Below are positions 34,492 through 40,250 of a DNA stretch of 40,766 bases, in pieces. The translations under genes were made by a program, and so were the position numbers. The notes below the pieces were generated by a model. That model was not told the origin of the DNA and did not search any database. It was given only the letters and a program-made list of their open reading frames with translations. How positions within the stretch are numbered: the stretch's first letter is position 1; every line of letters begins with the position of its first letter. Source of the DNA: Kagunavirus LF7074P3; sequence record OZ035791.1. One strand, given 5' to 3'.

Positions 34492-34523
34492 GTTGACGAA
34501 CCCTCCCTGAGGGATTCGTCAAC
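34492..34523. repeat. 32-bp near-perfect palindrome GTTGACGAAcCCTCcctGAGGGaTTCGTCAAC
   Basis: 14-bp arms with one bulge; read directly. Confidence 0.8.
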
Positions 34524-34663
34524 CCCTCCCAGACAGCTGAGATGCTTGTTTTAGGGTTTAAGGATAAGTGTATCTAAATCTCATTTAAAGAAGTAACCCA
34601 CTGAAATATCTACTGTTTCTTAATGTGCCGTAGATTCGCAACCGTAAAAATGTAACGATTATT

Positions 34664-34691
34664 GGGCAGGCTTAAGGCCTGCCCTTTAGTT
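34664..34691 (+). terminator. rho-independent terminator
   Basis: GGGCAGGC-TTAAG-GCCTGCCC hairpin followed by TTTAGTT. Confidence 0.6.
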
Positions 34692-34756
34692 ACCAAGTAA
34701 TAAGAATAAAGGCACAACCTTCCCCGAAGAATCGCAACGGCAGCGTAACTATTCTC

Positions 34757-34785
34757 TTGCACACCCCAACATAATAGGATACTAT
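34757..34785 (+). promoter_or_regulatory. sigma70-like promoter TTGCAC-N17-TACTAT with ATAG-N4-CTATTCA dyad
   Basis: cTTGCACaccccaacATAATAGGATACTATTCAC; near-identical copy on minus strand at 13027-13060. Confidence 0.65.
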
Positions 34786-34819
34786 TCACTTATCGGAACG
34801 AGACAGAGGAGTTGGGGTT

Positions 34820-35005
34820 ATGTTTAAGAAGGGTCAGTTGGTGAGAACCAGACACCATGGCAAAGGTGTAATTAAGCACGTTTCGCAGAGAGTTGCAGAT
34901 AGGTATCTTCTTACCAATCCGTATTGGGATTTTGATATGTATTTCCAGGGACGCGAAATAGTAGAGCTCATCGGCAACAATTTTAAATTCAAAGGGGCGA
35001 AGTGA
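34820..35005 (+). CDS. hypothetical small protein
   Basis: 61-aa ORF, RBS GAGGAG. Confidence 0.5.
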   Translation: MFKKGQLVRTRHHGKGVIKHVSQRVADRYLLTNPYWDFDMYFQGREIVELIGNNFKFKGAK

Positions 35006-35190
35006 TGGAAGAATTAATTTACGACGTATACGTCGACGGGGTCATAACAGAGACGACAAGTAATAAAGATTACGCAATAAAGCGGTATGTGTATTATGCC
35101 GCAGTGGTAGGAAGGATGGTAGAAGTGCGGGAGCAAACGGCATCGAATCATGATGCTCGTGCCGACGACTCTGAGGGAGGTTGCCGTTAA
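35005..35190 (+). CDS. hypothetical small protein
   Basis: ATG 35005 overlapping previous stop; RBS AGGGG. Confidence 0.45.
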   Translation: MEELIYDVYVDGVITETTSNKDYAIKRYVYYAAVVGRMVEVREQTASNHDARADDSEGGCR

Positions 35191-35345
35191 TGCGAATCCG
35201 TATAACTGACCGCAGGCTTATAGATTTCGGTATCTCGGTAGGTGATGTTTTTCTGGCGTTCAGCAGCAACCATTATGGTTTTATGATTGAGTACAAAGGG
35301 TCGTTATTGTTCGTGTATCGGGATGAATGTGAGGTTCTGGTATGA
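35190..35345 (+). CDS. hypothetical small protein (51 aa)
   Basis: TAATG overlap, RBS GAGGGAGG; not in ORF track. Confidence 0.4.
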   Translation: MRIRITDRRLIDFGISVGDVFLAFSSNHYGFMIEYKGSLLFVYRDECEVLV

Positions 35346-35485
35346 GAGAAGCATTTGAACGGTGGGCTGTGGTCGAGGGTCTGCCGGTTAACAAGGGTTC
35401 AAAGAAAGAGTACCTGAACGTTAAGACCCGTCTCGCGTGGCGGGCGTTGAAAGCTGGTGTGTTGTCTGTTGCGAATCCGAGGTGA
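35342..35485 (+). CDS. hypothetical small protein (47 aa)
   Basis: ATGA overlap with upstream ORF; not in ORF track. Confidence 0.35.
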   Translation: MREAFERWAVVEGLPVNKGSKKEYLNVKTRLAWRALKAGVLSVANPR

Positions 35486-35488
35486 GAT

Positions 35489-35689
35489 ATGAGCGAGTGG
35501 ATTAAGTGTAGTGAGATGCTGCCAGGTAATGGGTATACGGATAAAGAGTTCCTGGTGTATGAAACGTTAAATAACGCAGTTCAGCACGATTATTACATAG
35601 TTCCTGATGACGGGAGAAAGCCTTTCTGGAATCACTACGATAAGTACGTGACGCACTGGATGCCGTTACCCGAGCCGCCAGAAGTGTGA
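35489..35689 (+). CDS. hypothetical protein (DUF551-like C-terminus)
   Basis: 66 aa ending ...VTHWMPLPEPPEV, reminiscent of DUF551 phage proteins (recall-based). Confidence 0.45.
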   Translation: MSEWIKCSEMLPGNGYTDKEFLVYETLNNAVQHDYYIVPDDGRKPFWNHYDKYVTHWMPLPEPPEV

Positions 35690-35822
35690 TGTTCAATAGT
35701 TTGGGATCTTACTGAGTGACTTACGCTGCTACACAGCAGCGTACAACTTTAACTTAGTGTCGTCAAAGGCGACACTTTCATCAAACGCAACAATCGAAGC
35801 GACTATTGCAGGAGATGCAACA

Positions 35823-35996
35823 ATGATTACTAAAGAACAGGCTGAACGACTAATCACGTTAATCGACACGATGATTGACGTAAAAACCGATTTAGCAACG
35901 GCAACAGAGGAATCCGCTACCTGGTCGCTTGAAGAAAGAGAAGCAGAAGCGGAAAGGGAGTTACTGGCGTTCATCGACTCTATAACACACCAATAA
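35823..35996 (+). CDS. hypothetical small protein
   Basis: ATG 35823 with GGAG 8 nt upstream; in frame with track ORF 35757..35996. Confidence 0.4.
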   Translation: MITKEQAERLITLIDTMIDVKTDLATATEESATWSLEEREAEAERELLAFIDSITHQ

Positions 35997-36003
35997 AATT
36001 TAC

Positions 36004-36032
36004 TTGCACACTAAGATAGAATAGGCTACTAT
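36004..36032 (+). promoter_or_regulatory. sigma70-like promoter TTGCAC-N17-TACTAT with ATAG-N4-CTATTCA dyad
   Basis: aCTTGCACactaagatagAATAGGCTACTATTCA, 32 nt upstream of gene at 36064. Confidence 0.6.
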
Positions 36033-36063
36033 TCATTTACACAAACGAGAGGGGAGACAGAAT

Positions 36064-36612
36064 ATGAAAGATTATAGCGAAGTAACTTTAGGTGAGTTGC
36101 AGGACGAGTACGAAGATATGCTCTACCCGTTCATCTGCGACGGGGACTACAACGGCGTCTATAACGGGGTGAGCGAAGACCTGGCGCATGAGGTGCAGAT
36201 TAAGGAGTTGCGGGAAGACAACATTAAGAAATCTGAGCACATATCGCACCTAACAGGGCAAGTTAAGGAGTTGCGTCTGGCATTGGCCAAGGCTACTGGT
36301 GACGTGGAGGCATACAAACTTATCCGCAAAGGTGCGTACGGTTCGGAGCAATCTGGTTGCCGAAAAGAAGATACGCAGGAATGTGACCACAATTGGATTA
36401 TCGCTCCAGGATTGTTTATTGCCGAAGGCCACAAGGACAACGTGCCCGGTAGCCTGTTTTGCTGCGAATGCGGCAAGCGTGAGTGGGACGGACTTGAGTA
36501 TGGGCCAACAGCCTGTACACGGGAGTGCAAACACAGTTTCTATTATGTAATAACAGATGGCTCCGCGCCGTTCGGTACGAAAGTATGTAAAACGTGCGGG
36601 GAATACTTCTGA
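36064..36612 (+). CDS. Cys-rich (zinc-ribbon-like) hypothetical protein
   Basis: 182 aa; N-terminal coiled-coil-like region, C-terminal CxxC...CxxC clusters. Confidence 0.5.
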   Translation: MKDYSEVTLGELQDEYEDMLYPFICDGDYNGVYNGVSEDLAHEVQIKELREDNIKKSEHISHLTGQVKELRLALAKATGDVEAYKLIRKGAYGSEQSGCRKEDTQECDHNWIIAPGLFIAEGHKDNVPGSLFCCECGKREWDGLEYGPTACTRECKHSFYYVITDGSAPFGTKVCKTCGEYF

Positions 36613-36815
36613 TGACCAGCATCTTATTTATCTGGGTGCTGTCCACGGGTCAGATGCATCTGGCGGCATCAGAAACGTTTTACTCGATGGAGGCGTGCCA
36701 GTCAGCGGCACGCGCCGCAGAGAACGCGCACTTCCTGTTTCAGGGTGACAAGCCTAACGATTCAGAGGTACGCGCTATCTGCTCACCTAAACGTATTGGT
36801 AAACAGGAGAAATAA
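36612..36815 (+). CDS. small secreted/membrane-anchored protein
   Basis: 67 aa from ATG 36612 (overlaps upstream stop); N-terminal hydrophobic signal-like segment MTSILFIWVLSTGQMHLAAS. Confidence 0.45.
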   Translation: MTSILFIWVLSTGQMHLAASETFYSMEACQSAARAAENAHFLFQGDKPNDSEVRAICSPKRIGKQEK

Positions 36816-36816
36816 C

Positions 36817-37020
36817 ATGGTACAGAGATATTTATTACAAGGCGGTTTAATTGGGCCGCACGACGCAGGTGATTGGGTTGGCTATGAAGATTACGCAAAA
36901 CTTGAGGCCGCCGTTATCGCCTTACTTATGGATATAAATCGACGCTACCCTGGAGAAGGGTTTAAGTGCCCGTTAATACTTAAACTCGCGGAGATTGTGG
37001 AACATGAGCCTGGCAACTGA
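36817..37020 (+). CDS. hypothetical small protein
   Basis: ATG 36817 with AGGAG upstream; 67 aa. Confidence 0.45.
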   Translation: MVQRYLLQGGLIGPHDAGDWVGYEDYAKLEAAVIALLMDINRRYPGEGFKCPLILKLAEIVEHEPGN

Positions 37021-37297
37021 CATCCTTAAACGCAGCGGCCTTGCGCCGCTGTCGCCGAGAGCGAATACACGAATACACAAGCGCCGCCGTAATGCACTGT
37101 ACCCCGAGATTCAGGCCAGGCGCAAAGCGGTCCGCGCCTGTGGATTCCAGAACGGGAAGGCCGTGAATCTCGGTGAGTTTAAAACGCAGGAACGTGCAGC
37201 TATCGCTAATCGGCTATTTAATTACTGGAAATCGCTGGGGTACGTGGATATTCCGACGAAACCACAGAGACGACAATACATCTGGCGGCATAAATAA
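37004..37297 (+). CDS. AP2-like DNA-binding domain protein (putative)
   Basis: ...GFQNGKAVNLGEFKTQERAAIANRLF... resembles AP2/ERF-type three-strand + helix DNA-binding domains found in phage proteins (recall-based). Confidence 0.4.
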   Translation: MSLATDILKRSGLAPLSPRANTRIHKRRRNALYPEIQARRKAVRACGFQNGKAVNLGEFKTQERAAIANRLFNYWKSLGYVDIPTKPQRRQYIWRHK

Positions 37298-37327
37298 ACC
37301 GTTATTAAGATAATTCCTACCCGTGGT

Positions 37328-37368
37328 ATCCTCCAGTTACTGCATACTTAATACGCACCTGGAGGATT
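37328..37368 (+). promoter_or_regulatory. hairpin sequestering the holin RBS
   Basis: ATCCTCCAG (37328-37336) pairs with CTGGAGGAT (37360-37368), 23-nt loop; 3' arm contains GGAGGA Shine-Dalgarno 6 nt before TTG start at 37373. Confidence 0.5.
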
Positions 37369-37372
37369 CATC

Positions 37373-37681
37373 TTGGATAAATTTACTGAAACAGTGACAG
37401 GCTGGCTTCTCGCCGCCGCGCTCGCCGGAGGGGTCATCGGACTACGACAACATAAGTCCGTTATTTCTGGCCCTATCGACGGATTCTGCTTTATTGCTAC
37501 TGGTTTCGCCTGCGCTGTATTTGGCGCACCTCTCGCGGCTCAATGGTTCGGTATCACGGGCGACCGTGAAATCGCTGGCCTTGGCTTCATCATCGCTATT
37601 CTCTGGATGCCTATCTATTCCCGTCTCTCCAGTATCGTCGCTGGAGAATACATCGCACGTCGAGGAGGCACAGATGAATGA
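37373..37681 (+). CDS. holin (3-TMD, class I-like)
   Basis: 102 aa with three hydrophobic segments and charged C-terminus; TTG start; directly upstream of lysozyme gene. Confidence 0.6.
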   Translation: MDKFTETVTGWLLAAALAGGVIGLRQHKSVISGPIDGFCFIATGFACAVFGAPLAAQWFGITGDREIAGLGFIIAILWMPIYSRLSSIVAGEYIARRGGTDE

Positions 37682-37946
37682 GTTATTCTGGTTCGGCGGT
37701 ATGCTGGCAATCGGCGGCACATCGCTGTTTAATGTATACCATCCGAGCGTGGATGACGGGCTATTTGGTCGGGTGCTCTATATCCTGACTGCTATCGTCT
37801 GCGCTGCCGGATGTATCCACCTGTTACAGGGCAGCATGTCGCCGACGCTGCCTGAGACATTAATCACATTAGTTGCGCTGCGTCAGATTCGTCAGGCGTG
37901 GCTGTCATACGGAGGACATAAGCGTGTCTCGAAACATTTCAGATAA
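37674..37946 (+). CDS. second holin-like 2-TMD membrane protein (holin/antiholin candidate)
   Basis: 90 aa from ATG 37674 with strong RBS AGGAGG; two hydrophobic segments; overlaps both neighbours. Confidence 0.5.
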   Translation: MNELFWFGGMLAIGGTSLFNVYHPSVDDGLFGRVLYILTAIVCAAGCIHLLQGSMSPTLPETLITLVALRQIRQAWLSYGGHKRVSKHFR

Positions 37947-38412
37947 TGGATTGCATTTTACCGCCGCGTTTGAGGGGTTCCGCGGAACTGCGTATCGTGC
38001 TACGCCATCGGAAAAATACTTAACTACAGGCTACGGTCATTACGGGCCGGACGTGGCCCCAGGCAAGACCATCACGCCAGGGCAAGGCCTCCTGTTACTG
38101 AACCGTGATATGGCTAAGGCCGTAGCTGCGGTTGACGCAGCGGCGCACCATTCGCTAACACAGGCGCAGTTTGATGCAGTGTGCGACCTGGTCTATAACG
38201 CGGGGGCCGGCGTTATTTCGGCTACTACCGGTACAGGTAAGGCACTGCGCTCCGGTGATATCGCGACGTTACGGGCTAAACTGGCGCTGTTCATCAACCA
38301 GAACGGCAAACCGTTACTGGGCCTTCGCCGCCGTACCGCCGGTCGCCTGGCGCTGTTTGACGGTAAACCGTGGCAAGAGGCGGAGGCTATCGGGCGCGCG
38401 GTGAAAGGTTGA
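37924..38412 (+). CDS. endolysin (phage lysozyme, GH24-like)
   Basis: ...AFEGFRGTAYRATPSEKYLTTGYGHYG... lysozyme-like catalytic region; GTG 37924 with AGGAGGA upstream. Confidence 0.7.
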   Translation: MSRNISDNGLHFTAAFEGFRGTAYRATPSEKYLTTGYGHYGPDVAPGKTITPGQGLLLLNRDMAKAVAAVDAAAHHSLTQAQFDAVCDLVYNAGAGVISATTGTGKALRSGDIATLRAKLALFINQNGKPLLGLRRRTAGRLALFDGKPWQEAEAIGRAVKG

Positions 38413-38476
38413 CACCCAAGACTAATCCGATGATACTTAAATCACCTCCTGTTCCATCCCTCTGCTCTCCAGTTTT

Positions 38477-38509
38477 ATCCCGGCCCTGACCCAGCCGGGA
38501 TTTTTTTTA
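38477..38509 (+). terminator. strong rho-independent terminator
   Basis: TCCCGGC-loop-GCCGGGA hairpin followed by T8. Confidence 0.85.
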
Positions 38510-38530
38510 TCTATTTTCTGCAATGACTAG

Positions 38531-38559
38531 TTGACTATTATCCTAGACCCTACTATATT
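38531..38559 (+). promoter_or_regulatory. sigma70-like promoter TTGACT-N17-TATATT
   Basis: Hexamers with 17-nt spacer, 34 nt upstream of ATG 38593. Confidence 0.55.
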
Positions 38560-38592
38560 TACTTCATCGACAACGAGAACGGAGTAGAGAAG

Positions 38593-38742
38593 ATGAAAAT
38601 CACAGATACCGAAGCATTCGAAGACGCGCAACTGATGGCGCGCATTGCCGTTAGTCACCGGGGTGGGAGCATTCCCGCGGACTCGTTCTGGTTCGCTGCG
38701 ATGCAGACACTGAAAGCAGCTTATGCAGGAGAGAAGAAATGA
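38593..38742 (+). CDS. hypothetical small protein (49 aa)
   Basis: RBS GGAG; first of nine translationally coupled small ORFs. Confidence 0.4.
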   Translation: MKITDTEAFEDAQLMARIAVSHRGGSIPADSFWFAAMQTLKAAYAGEKK

Positions 38743-38933
38743 AAAATATAGTCCCAGAAGTCGGTAAAGGTTGCTTCGTTGTTTCTTATTTCGATGGGGA
38801 CGAGTACGTTGATTGCGGCCAGTTTCATCAATCTGGTGATGCTGGTGCTTACGCCGCGAAGTTAGTAGGTACTACGCCACTGGAAGACATTCGTATTGTA
38901 TTCAATATGGAACTTGCAGGAGATAAGAAATGA
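38739..38933 (+). CDS. hypothetical small protein
   Basis: 64-aa ORF, ATGA overlap. Confidence 0.45.
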   Translation: MKNIVPEVGKGCFVVSYFDGDEYVDCGQFHQSGDAGAYAAKLVGTTPLEDIRIVFNMELAGDKK

Positions 38934-39088
38934 GCGAACACGGTGAAGTAAGCCAACCATTACGAGTAGGCCGTAAAGTCAGTCACACCCCGTTCCCGAC
39001 ACGCGAGGAACTGATGAAACGTAATAGTTTCCCGGGGCCGGACAAGAACAAGTATCTCAATCGCATGTGGGGAGAGCGTAAAGAATGA
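38930..39088 (+). CDS. hypothetical small protein (52 aa)
   Basis: ATGA overlap with neighbours. Confidence 0.35.
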   Translation: MSEHGEVSQPLRVGRKVSHTPFPTREELMKRNSFPGPDKNKYLNRMWGERKE

Positions 39089-39258
39089 CTAACAACGAAT
39101 ACGAGAAACTTAGCGTCGAATCTGCGACCGGTGAATCAGAAATAGCATGGATTGACGCCCACATTGAGCACTACTTACGGCAAGTAGACGCCCTTATGGA
39201 ACGCCGCCGCGAGCTGATTAACCGCTTCAACCTGAACAAAGGTGACACCAATGCCTAA
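39085..39258 (+). CDS. hypothetical small protein (57 aa)
   Basis: ATGA overlap with upstream ORF. Confidence 0.35.
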   Translation: MTNNEYEKLSVESATGESEIAWIDAHIEHYLRQVDALMERRRELINRFNLNKGDTNA

Positions 39259-39454
39259 AATCACAATCGCATCACTCGAGCGCCGTATTCTGGTGCTTGA
39301 GTCAGAGAAACAGACGTTAGGCGGACAACTGTCAATTAACGGTGAGTTTCAGCTGGAGGCGTTTAAGTTGTTGCTCGGGAAATTGAAGGAAGAAGAGCAG
39401 AAGCTACTACTCTCCCCTGAGTTCGATTACGGTGTTGATGATGAAAGCGCCTGA
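39251..39454 (+). CDS. hypothetical small protein (coiled-coil-like)
   Basis: ATG 39251 overlapping upstream stop. Confidence 0.4.
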   Translation: MPKITIASLERRILVLESEKQTLGGQLSINGEFQLEAFKLLLGKLKEEEQKLLLSPEFDYGVDDESA

Positions 39455-39623
39455 ACCCGTAGTTATCGATGGCGTCCTGTGGAAACCATACTCGGTTAAC
39501 CACATCGACGCCGACGGGAAGAAGTTCAGCTTCTACATTTTTGCAATTAGCCGTGAGCACGCCGCTTGTGTGGTTGATGATATACGAGAAACAGCGTGGC
39601 TTGGTGATGAGATAGTGGGGTGA
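39438..39623 (+). CDS. hypothetical small protein
   Basis: ATG 39438 in frame with track ORF 39432..39623. Confidence 0.4.
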   Translation: MMKAPEPVVIDGVLWKPYSVNHIDADGKKFSFYIFAISREHAACVVDDIRETAWLGDEIVG

Positions 39624-39627
39624 GAGT

Positions 39628-39798
39628 ATGTTCAGTGACATCAACGCAGCAATCGAAGAAGCAATCTGGCGCAGATACAACGGCGAGCAACAACGGCACT
39701 TCTGCCTGGTGCAACGTGGAAACATGATTGCCGTAGTGCAGGACCGCGATAACAAATATCCGAATGCGATGTGGACAACGAGGAATTTTGTAGGATGA
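39628..39798 (+). CDS. hypothetical small protein (56 aa)
   Basis: Uninterrupted frame, coupled to next ORF by ATGA. Confidence 0.35.
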   Translation: MFSDINAAIEEAIWRRYNGEQQRHFCLVQRGNMIAVVQDRDNKYPNAMWTTRNFVG

Positions 39799-40031
39799 TT
39801 ACCAGCATTCCGAACCTGATTAAAGAATACGGCACGATGGCGGAGACATGCCGACAAACCGGCATCAACGAAATGACGATTGCCAAGTACCGCAACGACG
39901 TGAACTGCGAGCGCCACGTAATTTATAACAACCGTCTTATGACGCACGTTAAGACAAGCCCGGTGTTATTCACGCGCCGTGGTATCACTAAAACTGAGCA
40001 ACGTATTGCTAAAGAGGAGAGCGGAGAATGA
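39795..40031 (+). CDS. hypothetical protein with HTH-like segment
   Basis: 78 aa from ATG 39795; ...TCRQTGINEMTIAKYRN... Confidence 0.4.
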   Translation: MITSIPNLIKEYGTMAETCRQTGINEMTIAKYRNDVNCERHVIYNNRLMTHVKTSPVLFTRRGITKTEQRIAKEESGE

Positions 40032-40129
40032 GACTGCTAACCATTCCGAATGCCTGGGCTATTGCCGTAGCTAACGACCATTACGGCGGCGGTGGTAAAA
40101 GAGCACCACGACATGGCCTATACAACTGA
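40028..40129 (+). CDS. hypothetical small protein (33 aa)
   Basis: ATGA overlap with upstream ORF; followed by terminator. Confidence 0.25.
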   Translation: MRLLTIPNAWAIAVANDHYGGGGKRAPRHGLYN

Positions 40130-40133
40130 TACA

Positions 40134-40156
40134 AGCCCTCTACGGAGGGCTTTTCT
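40134..40156 (+). terminator. rho-independent terminator
   Basis: AGCCCTC-TACG-GAGGGCT hairpin + TTTT. Confidence 0.75.
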
Positions 40157-40185
40157 GTACATCCTGCCTAATCCCCTTATATAAT
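40156..40185 (+). promoter_or_regulatory. candidate late promoter (weak -35 TGTACA, consensus -10 TATAAT)
   Basis: TATAAT at 40180-40185; upstream of terS. Confidence 0.35.
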
Positions 40186-40191
40186 CCCTTT

Positions 40192-40235
40192 AGACGCGTA
40201 GGGCGCGTCTGATGCGCTCTGATGGTCAGACGCAT
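40192..40235. repeat. clustered inverted and direct repeats (AGACGCG/CGCGTCT; TCTGATG x2; AGACGC x2)
   Basis: AGACGCGtagggCGCGTCTGATGCGCTCTGATGGTCAGACGCAT, flanked by 9-bp inverted repeat AATCCCCTT (40170-40178) / AAGGGGATT (40240-40248). Confidence 0.8.
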
Positions 40236-40250
40236 ACGCAAGGGGATTCT

